In this document: positions 40,625-53,600 of the stretch, piece after piece | Layout: the number at the start of each line of letters is the position of its first letter | Numbering within the stretch: the first letter of the stretch is position 1 | Origin: Balanoglossus misakiensis | Taxonomy: Eukaryota; Animalia; Hemichordata | Assembly: GCA_040954595.2 (NCBI GenBank) | Contig: CM082594.2 | Location: 9,428,296-9,492,295 of the forward strand | Length of the DNA stretch: 64,000 bases | Reading direction: 5' to 3' | Position numbers and translations under genes: made by a program | The notes under the pieces: generated by a model | What the model saw: only the letters and a program-made list of their open reading frames with translations | Told to the model about the DNA's origin: nothing | Database searches by the model: none

Positions 40625-41655
40625 AGGAAATGACTGCTTCTAGCACTCTCCTATGACTTGGATGGATGGCACCACAATTGAAATATATGGCATTCACCTT
40701 GGCTTGATTTATTTTTATCACAGTGGCACCACTTTCAGCAACATGCATTTCTATTTTTCTACTTAAACTATTTTGAATCACTTTCACTTTCCACTTATTA
40801 TTAAACTTCAAAATCAAGGATATATTGTTTGACTTCATAGTCAACAATGAATTATGTAACTTCAAAGTCTACATTGTATATATTTTTGTACATAATTGCA
40901 AGCAAGATATTGCCTAAAGCTGAAATAACATATTTTATAAAAACAAAACAAGACATGCCAGTTTTGTCTATGGAGCCTTGCAAGGCTGTGGTGAAGGCCA
41001 TGTAATGCAGGGAACACACACCGTTACGCAGGGATATATTAACCTGACTGCCACATTTTTCCTGTGAGATCTGAAACTCATGAAAGGCAGGAATGAAATA
41101 GCCTAGATTGCCTCAAATTTACATGTATTGCATATATATGTTTATCTAGTGTAAATATTGTTTGTGCAGTAAATCATGTTTTTCTCAGAAGTTGCCATTA
41201 GACTGCCCCACTTTATCCTGCAAAGTTAGATTTATTCACAAACAGATGTGCAAATTATTTAAGCAGGCTGGGAACCACCACAGGCTGGACTATGCCCCCA
41301 GTATCACAAAATTGACAGAAGTCAGTGCAGACTGTACATTATATTCTATGAATCACGGATATTTATACTCAAGCCAGTGGTCTTTTTAACATGTCCACTG
41401 TAATGTTACATACAACCGTACTTGCACATATATGTTGGCTGAGGCTATAACCAGGAATTTACTTTTTATCTACAACATTTTATCCACAGTACCATTTATG
41501 CAATATTTTAGCAATTTAATAGCAAAACCAACCCTTTTACCACATAAATGTATAGCCTATATAAAGAGTATTTAAACTTTTAATGTAGAGTACAGTATAT
41601 GTATATTCTGGAATATAGTATATACAAATATATTATGTATTGTATTATGTATTGT

Positions 41656-41698
41656 ATTTACCCATAGACCCTGGATCTCCAGGGTCTATGATTTTACC
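41656..41698. mobile_element. Second CATAGAC-type footprint: CATAGACCCTGGA-TC-TCCAGGGTCTATG with near-duplicated flanks
   Basis: Perfect 13-bp inverted repeat (41663-41675 / 41678-41690), flanked by ATTTACC and ATTTTACC. Confidence 0.6.
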
Positions 41699-42089
41699 TG
41701 TATCAAATTTAAATGTAACATAGCAATTTTCGTTAACGAGAATGATAACTTATCTAATTGAAATGTCATAAAAGTTGAACCATGTGTAGCAGTGGATTAT
41801 TCATCTGTCCACAGTGACCATATTGCTCTGTCATTTCCGTTATGACCTTAAAACTTGCAGTTTTATTTCAAGAACTATATCCATTTTTCAATTTCATATG
41901 TTCTTCTTGCAATTCAATAAAATCAGCTTTGCTGAATGAAATTGTGTTTCATGACTTTTTATGCTTTGAGACCATCATCACTAGAAGAGGTTAAGATGAC
42001 TGAATCATTTTTTTTAGTTTGAGCATGGAGGTACTAGAGGCGCACCACACCAGACTAGTTGAAGCAATGAAGCATACATATGTTTATGA

Positions 42090-42334
42090 CTTCTTCCCCC
42101 CCCCCCCCCCCGCCCGCAATGCTTGATGGGTAAAAAAGAGGCGGGTTTACTTTGTTGGACCATTGGTGGCGCTGTGCATTTCCTGGTTCATTCAATCAAG
42201 GTGGAAGTTGGTGTATTCTTGTGCAAGTGGAAAACTGGTGAGGCTACCGGATAAATCTCATCACATATATCAACAAGTGTGTTGTTTTCAATCATCAAAA
42301 GAAGGGGGACCCACATGAATGGCGATTTCGACCA
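42090..42334 (+). promoter_or_regulatory. Candidate GULP1 promoter and first (5' UTR) exon
   Basis: Poly-C/CCCGCCC and GGCGGG GC-boxes, a locally CpG-richer patch (42.1-42.8 kb), and a strong donor CCA|GTAAGT at 42334, just downstream of the previous gene's AATAAA. Confidence 0.5.
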
Positions 42335-44667
42335 GTAAGTACCAGAAGACGCTATAAATTTGCATATAACTGTCGATGTATACGGTGCGTGTACGTTGCA
42401 CCATAGTCCCTGGCCCAACCATAGGTGGATGTCGAAACACCAGTGAAAGTTATGTTTGACAGTTTCATAAATGCGCGATGACTAGGTGTCAATCACGCGT
42501 CAGTTACAAGACCAGAGAGATTATAATTCCCAGACGCAATAAAGTTTTCTGGTCAAAGTTTTCAGGATGATAAGTCAACGTGTCACGTGTTTACGAAAAC
42601 GAAAAAGTGGTGACCCTGTGTGGGGCCGTTGTTAGGATTTTTTAATCACAGTACATGTATTATGATCCGATGCACATTTTCCACGTCGACGACATCAAGG
42701 CGATAAAACCAATGCATTTTGTGGGTATTGATCGGGTTTACTCCAGACTTCCTCAAACCAAAACAAAATTGTACATCCGCCTTTCCAAGACACAACATTT
42801 CACACACTCCATGGCATCATCATGCCAGGGGGTAAGGCCCCATAATTTCATCACAGTTGCTACTGCCCCCCAGTCTTACAGTCCCCCACTTCACTGAGGC
42901 ATAAACCACACTAAAAATTGTAATTTTATAGTCAAGAATCCTTTCGTGCTGTATATTACTGAAATTTCACCTTCAAAACAGGCTTAGACTAATATGCACA
43001 GTGGCAATATTAATATCAACTGACGCTAAAGTTAACCTCCATCAGTGAAGGTCATATCTGTGAATTGTTGACTCGCTTGGAGCTGCAGCCCTGGGTATAT
43101 AATATATAACCCTAGATGTACCATGATACAATACAGGGTTGCCAGATTGTGGGCCTGTTTACAGGAGTAATTGCATTTCATTATGATGAGTAACCATAGA
43201 AACTATCGTTCTGACAACCCACTAAATGATCAATGAAAAGGTGATGGGTTTGATCAGCTATTGCATTCCAGCAGTACTAACAACATTACAAATGATCAGA
43301 TCCCAGTAATAAAATGATTCACACATCTGATCTGACTGTTGTTGAGGAATATTTTATAGTGCAAGACATTAAACATCATGTAGAATCACTGACACATATG
43401 TGCATAGACGAAAAAACATTCTTGGGTGATTCTCTGAACGAAAATATTGATTTATATCAGAACAAATATACTGACGTCATCATAACAAGCTAGAGTCAGT
43501 GAAAGGTCACTTATGAGTCCTTGACCAAATGGAGAATATCACATCCAGGAAAAGGCAATAATTACAACATTGGTTGTTTTGAATCACAGCCATTTCTGTC
43601 AGAGGAAATTGATAGGTGACCGGGAAAAGTCAATGCCATCTACAACTGATATCATCTGTTTATACAAAAAGCTGACCAAATAAGCTGAACATTTGCCTAC
43701 TGTGGCTACAGTATAATGTTTAAAATTAATGTTTATAAACTGTTTAAGTGGAAATGCTTCCAAGTGGTTGAAGTAATTAAAATTCCAACATATCACACTC
43801 CCTCTGTGATGAGAGGCACTATGTAATGTACACTTGATGGTTGTATGGTTGGATGACTTAAAAAAGACACTTTGGCTTCAAGTAATTTGAGCCCCTTCGT
43901 TATGATTTCTTGTTAAAAATGTTGGTTTCCTTATCCAGTGATGTAATGTCAACAGTGATTAACCATCGATCAATAAAAATTTCAATTTGCAAATGCATGT
44001 TGCTTTGTGAAGTTGAAAACTGAGAGAACGGTTAGTCACCACTATAATACCCTGTTCACATACTAAGGTACCATATTCAATACGATTGATTTATCTACAT
44101 GTACCTGCCTATAGACAGATGGTTTTCATTATGGATTATGATTATTGGGTCTCAGATTGAATAAATTTGTCTGATGGAGTGGGCACACCCTGGTCTTTTA
44201 TTGTTTTACCATATGTTGTAGTGTGGGATCAGATTAAAACTTGTGAAATTTCGTAGAAAAACTGCTAGGGTCTGAGGTGATGGCTGAGCTTTGGCCCTAA
44301 CTGGGCGATCAAATCACGATTATAATTAAAAGCAGAGACTTGACTCCTAGTAGGTCATTGATGATGACTCCTTCAACCAAAAATAATGAATTCCACGTGT
44401 ATTCGTGGTTACACCATACTGACTATGTGTACACTCTATGTGGCACATGATACTTGCCATAATTTGTTTTAATTTACTATCCATTGTGGCCTCAGTCAAG
44501 GACCTGCAGTTTGCCCTGGGTACTACCGGTAGTTTACATTTCCAGTTTATGGCTCTTCACAATTATTACCTTGCGCTAGTGGTGTGCATTAGGGGGTGTT
44601 GTCCCCTATGCCACCATTTTGTACCAAGGTGTCGTTTCTCTGCTTCCATCTTCCTGGTTCCTCCACC

Positions 44668-47600
44668 ATGACGGGTTACACAGGTAAGCTTATTCTCTGC
44701 ATGTTTTTTATAATTGACAGGTAAAACGGCCCTAATGCAGTGAAGAAGTCATACTTTTGTATTTATTTAGAAACTGTTTACAACTCAATTGAAAGTGGAG
44801 ACAAAGCAATAGATAAACGTTACCAGTAAGTATACAAGGATATATTACAGCCTGACTAGGGCCCTTACAAAAAATTGCAACTGACTGTCTTGGGACATGC
44901 TGTACCCCTCAGTAGATGAGGAGGGTGTCGAAATGTTCATTAAAGGATACTTGTCTATGGAATTTATATTAATGAGTGATTTGTTTTGTTGTTTTTCCAG
45001 ACATGAATAAAAACTGGGTCCATCCTCCCACTGCCCTGACGCAAGGTCACGTCATCTACAATGTCAAAGTAAGTTGCAGTTTAATTCTATCCAAGTGATT
45101 TGATTTCAAAGGCCCAGACCCCAATGAATGAAGGAATATGATAATAGTCTAGTATGTGTACAGTAAGAAGAATATTTCAAAACATTTCTGTCTGATGTGA
45201 CTTGTGTGATTGGCTATTTTATTGACCCTTGTTAAAAGCATAATTGCTGATTGTTATCATTGATGCAGTTCTTAGGTCAAACTGAAGTTGATTCACCGAA
45301 AGGTGCGGAAATGGTAAAAGAAGCCATTAGAAAACTAAAGGTATGTTAAATTAACAATATAATTTTTGTTTGTATCATTAACTGAGTCAATGCAAACACT
45401 CTCCCATCACTGTGGTCTTCAGATTATTTGTTCCCCTTGGCATCATTACCAGACCCCACAGATTGTATTCTGTTGAGGCAAAAACGTTCTAAAATGATTC
45501 AACACAAGCCAGTGACCGTTGGTATAAAACCCATCTGTAGCTGTCATTGCAGTTACAAGAAGAGAACTTGTGAATAAAACATCAACACATGAGGTTTTGT
45601 AATGTGATCTTTAGAAACTGGAACTTACACTGCACAGGGAGTATACCAGTCCTTGTAGAATGTTACTGAGCTGGGGGAAAATGTCTAACAAATCCAAGCA
45701 AGTTCAGAGAAAACAACGTGTCTTTGGAAGGTGCCACTTGCACTTGGCTGTAAACGTTCTCTTTCCAATCACAAAATTATTGCCCTTTCTATTTTAATTC
45801 AGTTTTCCAGACATATAAAGAAGGCAGAAGGAAACAAACCTCCCAAAATGGAACTGACAATATCATCAGAGGGCATTGCCTTGCAAGACCCGAAGACCAA
45901 GGTATTAAAGGCCGACGATCGCGTCTTATGAGTGTATTTAATGTTCATGGATTGAGTGCTCTTGGTGTTAAAGTCAGACATGTTGAAGAGATTGCGTAGC
46001 CATTTAGATAACCTGGTCAACATGGATTAGAATTTTGAAGCTCAAACACTGCTGGAATATCCTGGAATCTGTTTTGAGCCAGTTCAGTGCTGATGTGTAC
46101 GACAAACTGCATTTTGATTTCTTTTTTTTTCCAGGAGAAACTGCACACACACTTTTCCACTACACAGGATTTCCTACCGGAATCTGTTTTGAGCCAGTTC
46201 AGTGCTGATGTACATCAAACTGCATTTTGATTTCTTTCTTTCCAGGAGAAACTGCACACTTTTCCACTACACAGGATTTCCTACTGTGCTGATGACAAAA
46301 CTGATAAGAAAATCTGTGCCTTCATCGGCAAAGAGACACCGTCAAACAGGCATTTGTGTTTTGTGCTGGACAGTGAGAAATGTGTAAGTACTTATCGATC
46401 AGATGAACACATCAACTGAACTGAGTACTTATACTAAGCCCCTGGAGTCGTCTGTACTACAAAAGCAAAACCTTTTATCCAGAAAAGATCTGTTGATCCT
46501 TTTAAATCTATGAATCTCTGACAGAAGGTTATTGACAAATAAAATCTTCATTTTATAGGCGGAAGAAATCACTCTAACTGTGGGACAAGCATTTGATTTG
46601 GCATATCGGAAATTTTTGGACACCTCTGGTCGAGATATGGAAATGAAGAAGCAATTTCTTGCCTTGCAGAAAAAGGTAATGTTGTCAGTTGCGACAGAAG
46701 TCTTGCACCATAAAGTAAAAAACAAGCACATAGTGACTGGCCATGAGGGCAACAGCATACACCTGTCTACCTGAGGAAAGTGATGAGTCAAACCAAAGGG
46801 GTTTGTTTCCAGAGACTGAAAGCAGAGGGAATCCATAGTTACAGCTACTGTGAGTTGATTTCAGCCACCACTATCAATCCTACACTTGCAGCGACTAGGA
46901 TCGAGTGTGCAGGAAAAAGATGATGTTGTAAATATTTGTGGAATGCTTTTGTTTTGGACAGTTACAAGAGGTTGAGGCTGAAAACACCAAACTCAAACAG
47001 AGAGTAGCAGAATTAGAGGCTTTGACTGGACAACAGTCAACCACACCGAGCAATGCCGTTAACAGTCTCCAAGCTAGTCTGCCCAAGGTGAGATTCAGAT
47101 TTAGAAAATGAAGTGATAACAGTTGCGACAATAAAATGAGAAATTTAGTTTCTTATTCTGTTGTGATTGATCAAAGTTTGTCATGAAGATCCTTCTGCCA
47201 TCAGTGTTACATGTATATTTTGCATTTCCATTCAATATTTTCATGTCGTTCCTTTTTGCACACCTAAAACAGCAATTTTCAAATTTTCTATGGCATGTCT
47301 GCATTGTTTTCATCATTCTATTTTATTTTTTACTTTTTTGCATCTTTGCTTGGTTAATTTTGTGTTGCAGTTATCCCTTTGATTTAGTTCTCATTCTTTG
47401 TAGTTTGCATTTTGTAAACCATTTTCTTTGTGGCAACTTCTTTTTCTTTCACTGTGCACAGAGGTCTTCTAGTCCTCTTACTTCTGTAGAATCTAAGACC
47501 CCGCAACTTACCCTTAAAGAACAGGTGAGTTTGGGTGACTTTTGGTTTTGTATTGGCATTAACTTGAATGTGGGGAGGGAGAGAGAGACATGTGCTGATA

Positions 47601-50600
47601 GACAGATAGACGTATGCATGAAACAGCAATACTAATTTGATGGAATAGCCTTGCACAACTTGTAGACGTAACACTGGGTACTAATATTTACAAATGCTAA
47701 CTTTTGGTGTCAACAGTTTAAAATCGTGAGCTCAATTCTGCAGCATGCAGTTAAGAAAAGTATAAATCAAGGTGTTGTTTGGGGGCGCTATTAGATTGAT
47801 GACTTTCTGGTCACAACCTGTAGAGGGCATTGAATCAGACAGTCTGTGCTGCACTCAGAATGTGCAGACACTAAGATCATGACAGGCTAATGCTTTGTTA
47901 CAAACATTGCCAGAACCATCTTGCTGACATGCCTCGGACAATTTCGTTCCACCATTACGATCGTCTCCAGTGTTTTCTTTGTCATTAAATACAGGGGGAA
48001 GTGTGTCATTGACAATGACTTGTACAGTTACCTTTTGCATAGTTGAAAAACTTGTGCAATGTGAATAACACATTTGCTCTATACTGGAAACTTAAAACAG
48101 CACACTGAAATTGTTGCAAAGTAGAACTAAATGTTCCCAGGATAGGCATCGTCCAAATTTGAGATTCAAAGGCGTCTCTACTTCAATTGAGGAGTCTTGA
48201 GAATGGACAATGTAATATGCTAATGTTCTGATTTATATCCTGATTCCTGGGAATGACAATCATCCTCTTGTTCCTGGTCATTGCCGATGTTCATTATTCA
48301 GGAGCCAATGTCAATTAAAAGTTTAAGACCTATGATTAAATATGCAAATATGGAGTTCTGTCAATAATTGAACGCTGTGGCAAACTTGGGGGAGGGGAGT
48401 CAAGCGACCTGATTTAATGTCCTTCTTTGTCTTTTCAAGTCACTCTAATTTGCTAATTCCTTGAAAGGAGGGAAAAGTGTTGCTCACAGGTGCAATGTTG
48501 ACTTTCTGGAGACCATTTCAACCAGGGGTTTAGTCAGAGTCTCATTGTTCAAATGTAAATTCACAGGGTGCAGAGAACCAACCCCACAAATATGCATTTA
48601 GTGAATCAAACTCAAAGGCAAATTACCTGAGGTACAACACACCAGTCTTTGTAAAATGCGTCATTTGCATTGTGAAGTCTGAGCCTCTTGTAAATTGGAG
48701 CTAGTTACTTCACTAGTGAATATGTATTGCCTTCGCTGAAAAAATCAATGCAGATCAGTTCTTTAATCAAACAACTTGAGTTACATCATCCACTGAAATC
48801 CGTTCTTAGACAAGTCTCAAGTCTTTGTTTGCTGTGAGAACTCTGGAATAAAGAGTCGATAAAAAACGCCTTGCATTTGTGTCCTATTCCAGGTCATTTT
48901 GGTAGAATTACAAGTATGCGTGTAAAATTTCAAGGTGTCTGTCTGAAGCCACTGTCTACGCATACGTTTCGAGATATCAATGCAAAGTTGGAGTGAAATG
49001 GCGCATAATACATTCCATATGCACAAAGCGGTGTACATGTAATCTGACCCATTGTGAAAGAGAGCTCTAACTTCCTAAAATTGGTTTGGTTCGACAAAAC
49101 TGACCAGCAGCGAGTGGCCTTTTGAATTAACTCTAATAAAACAGCCAGACATGCAAAGTCATTTTGCAGCGTTTTGATGATTTGCAGACGATTTGACATC
49201 TTAGGTTACAAAAGTGAAAAAGATATTCTCAGCCGTATCTTTACCAGGGATGTTGTGTGAAGTTTGTAAAGTTAAAAATAAAAGTTTATAGTAGTCATGC
49301 AGAATTGCTGTAGGTGATAAAACAAAAGGTGGGAAAAGGTATATGGAACAGGGTATTTCCATGGAAACGGTTCTCTGCTAGATTTGTTTTAAACATCACA
49401 ACTGGGCCAGTGTAAAGTACACTGAGAAAAACATCTGTTAAGAACAATTCTTTAGACACGATTCTGGACGAGTCCGATATTCACCAGTTACTAAACAACA
49501 TGCAGGTAAAGGTGATACCTGTTTTGTGATGCAGATTGCCATGTGATCAGTTGTGCCTTTCTGTAAAGATTCCAGCCAGACAAAACAGCCACAGGCGATT
49601 GGACTGTATGTGGTACTTATTGTCTGCTCTAAACTTTTTGCAGAATGAAGTGTAATGCTCAGAAAGTTTTAAAGAGAGAGGGCCCAGGGAACTGAAATGA
49701 GATCTACTCCATCCTTTTCACATCATTCATACTGTTGGTCCTTAATTTGAATACTGGTGTATAAATGGAAAAATATGGATAGAAAGCTGTTGATTCAATC
49801 AGTTCTGAAATATTTTACTCTTGAGGAAAATTGAAATAACATCTGTCGATTCTTGCATTTTGTTGCTTGCTATTAAAGAGGAACTGTAGCCACATAAGCT
49901 TATAATTTTTTTGCCGTGTTACATATTCATGAGTTTTGATTATTTTTCATAACCATGGTGACATTTCTGTTCCAGGCTCTTCAACATCAGCAAGCATTGC
50001 AGTCTCAGCCACAAGCTGATCATCTGTTTGAGATGGAGCCATTTTCACCGACTGGCGCCGGAACTCACAATGGTTTTCCACACTCGGCACCCAGCAAGTC
50101 CAACACTACTCTGCCACTAGCGAGTCCTGCTGTTCCTATTGCCCCGGGTAAGATTCCAATCAACTATTGCCCTGTGGACACACCAGACACTGGAGGAGTC
50201 ATGTGACTGTGGTACAAACAAACACTCATGGGTAGCAATGTCTTGAGTCATCCAAAACTGTTTGCACGCTTGGTCCATTCTAATATTTCAGGTTAATCTC
50301 ATCTATTTAAGCAACAGAAGCCATTGTGCATATGGCCAGCGAGTGAGCATCATGGCTAGCTTATCCTTCCGATGGATCCTTCCATCCTCTGCAACACAGT
50401 CTGAGGAACTCACAACAGGCAAATTACAATGTACCACTGCAGCACACAAACCACTCTAGCATCCCAACCAAGTTGACATGGCAACACACAACCCACTATG
50501 CAGCAGTCAAATTTACCACCACAAAAAATAAATTCTGTACATGCAACGATGGTAGAGAGCCATGGAATCACATGACTGAACCATAATGGCCTGGCAGAGG

Positions 50601-53600
50601 TCAATGCCACCTTGCCATTAGACCCCCAAACTGCCTTATCAGATTAACATAAGAACTGATTTACTGCAAACATAGCTTATCAGGTGGAAAATGGAACAGT
50701 ACATTTGAATTGTTTGAGTTGTGATGGACCCTGGACATGCTGGATGAGACCCTAGATTTGCCTCAAGTCAAGAAACTGAACTGACCCTCTGCAAATAGGA
50801 ACATCTGATGTTATATAACAGAGCACCTTTGTCCATGTATTAAGCTATTGAATCTGCATAGACTTGGAGAATAACAATCTGTTTGAGAACAAGTGGGGTC
50901 ATTGACCATTGACATCTCAATCAGCAGACATTTTGACAACTTCATGCAAAAATGTTTCGGAAAAGAAGATGTAGAGTTTCAACAATGTGTGGCCAATCAG
51001 ACAAATGTTTGCCATGTACTGAAAAATATACAGTCCCTCCCCTAGATACACAACACTGAGACTGAGTCACTTTTAACATTTTAAAATCACCAACAGCAAT
51101 TGTTACGTAATTCATCAGATTTTGAGAGCAAGGCCCTTATCAGATACTCTCATAATGTGACTGCAACATCATCAGCTGTTTTTATATGCCTCATTGAACT
51201 CAAACAATGAAGTTAATTTACATAAATTAACCCAAACTTTGTCATCCCCAGAATCTCTTGAACTTACAGTCTGTGAATAACACATACTGTTTCCTATTAC
51301 AGAGGCGTTACAATCAACATCAGTGTCTTTTCCGATGTTGTGTATTGTAATGAGAAACAGTTATTCAAGTGGTACTATTTGATGTGTTTCTCACGTTTGG
51401 GCATACACCCCTTCTCGGCCGGCTTTGCCAGTCTTTTTGATTCACCAGCCGATGGAGATCTTCTGTACTATAGGTTAGGGTGCAAACCAAGCCATCCAAC
51501 CTTTCCAACATACTAACCTTTGATCTTTCACCTTCCTTTCGGCCATTGATCATAAATTGTAAGATAACACCTGTTTAACGCAATCACTGTCACTTTCGTC
51601 TGTTAATTGAGACAGTTATGTCTGATTCCCATGAGCTCCCAATGCTATGATTTATAGACTCAGAGGAACTGGTATCATTGAAGATGCATTAGGTGCTTTT
51701 CAAATTGCCTTATATGAGCCAGTATACAGCTCAGCTAATATTGCTTCAATTGATTGATTGATGGATTGATTGATTGACCCATATGAAACTGATCAAAGCA
51801 GAACCTACTTTAAAAATGTGACATACAAAACAGGTTTTGTCAATTATTAAAGTCCCAAACCCCCAAGAGTATAAACGTTCTTGATGTACGAAGAACCCGA
51901 TCATGCACGTAATATATAAACCATAACTGTTCCGAAATTGTCATGTGGCCACGTTGGTGTTATATGCACTTGCTACAGATGAAGATTATTCCTCCCGGTT
52001 GGAATAAGAATTTTTACGGTATTTGTAGCATGTAGTGAAAGTATGTGTGCAACGACAAAGTCAATGCACTCTGGCCAACATCCGAATATTCTGGGACATT
52101 TCACTATCCCAAATTGTAGCTGCCTCTGACCTCCTGGCTAATTATTGTCGTGGCGACTTCCTCTCGTCCAGAATTGGGAGGAGCCCCCCACACGGTTGCT
52201 AGGTGGAGAATGTGGGCGGGGATGTCTTTTGCTGCAGGTATCATGACCACCACAGGACACTTCGTACCCTGAATGTGAAAATGAATAACAGACCGGTTGG
52301 CTTCTGTGGAAATGACACAAAAGCAAGAATGTGATTTGCAAAGGTCACTCTCTGTGACTGCTTGACTGTACTTCTTTTTTGAAATTCCAACCATTATGAC
52401 ATTGTAAGCCAAGTTCATTTGATGCAGGCCGAGTCTATAGCCGTAAACCTGACCTGAACAGAACAACTATTCTAGAAATGCCTTTAATTGGGGGCAATGG
52501 GGCAAAAGTGTCATTTTGATAGGAAATAATTGGTCTGGTTAGAGTGGGCTACTTTGAACTAAAGCACGACTATTAGCAGCATTTGAGTGCGAGCTGTAGA
52601 ACTTTCTGGATTTTTTTTACAAAAGAGGGTAATGGTTTAAGTTTCTAAATAGAGAGTGCTGTGGGTTCACCCTGTTTATGGTCTGACCCCTCCCCTTTCC
52701 AAGTACATGTAGTAGGTGTGGTACGGTATCATAGTCTTAAAAAGGGTCAAGTGCCACTTATTAAGGAAACTTCTCAAAATACTTGTGCAATAAATATAAT
52801 ATACTGGTGCTTCATTTCAATGTTGTCTTCATCAACATTATCCTGGCATGGTCTTCACAATTCTCATCCCCACTTTCATTGGCCACATTCATTGACAACT
52901 TTGAAGTCGTCATTGACCAAGACTGTTGTTGTTTTCTTTTCGACAGCATTGGCACCACCACCGCCAGTTCCAGCCAGACCTAGAACCCATGCTTCAGCCA
53001 CGTCCACACCACCTCCGCCACCAAGACCAGCTCCGGCCGCTCCAAGTCAACCATCAGTCGCTGCGCCAGGTAACCAACACATCTTATTCTTCCTTTAACT
53101 TTTCTTTATTTTCCAAAGTTTTTCTCTGTGCATCAAATAAAGCTGTTGTCATCCAAAGTACTCTATGTGTCATCAAAGTCTCTCTGTGAGAAACATTGTT
53201 ATTGTTGATGAACGACACCAACAGAGACAGAACATGGAGTTTATTGATGAACATCATTTTGTCTTGTAGATCCATTTGGCAGTGGCCCCTTCACCGCCAA
53301 CGAAGCCATGTCAGCTCCTCCCAAGACAGATTATGATGTCGCAATACGCAACATTGACAAGCATATGGCTGAATTACAGGTGGGCATATTAGCTGGTCTC
53401 TGTTTTCTAGCTCTCAGTTGTTAGAGAGTTAGCCTAGAGTTGACCCAATTGGACACTTGCTTATAATCTCTGCTGCACATTGGCCTGACCTGTTGTCCAT
53501 TCTTCCACACCAAATGTTGTTCATTAAGGGTATGTCCCTTCTTCACATGATAAATGACATGTACTGTGACACAGAATGACCCACTGAGAATGTGTATCTA

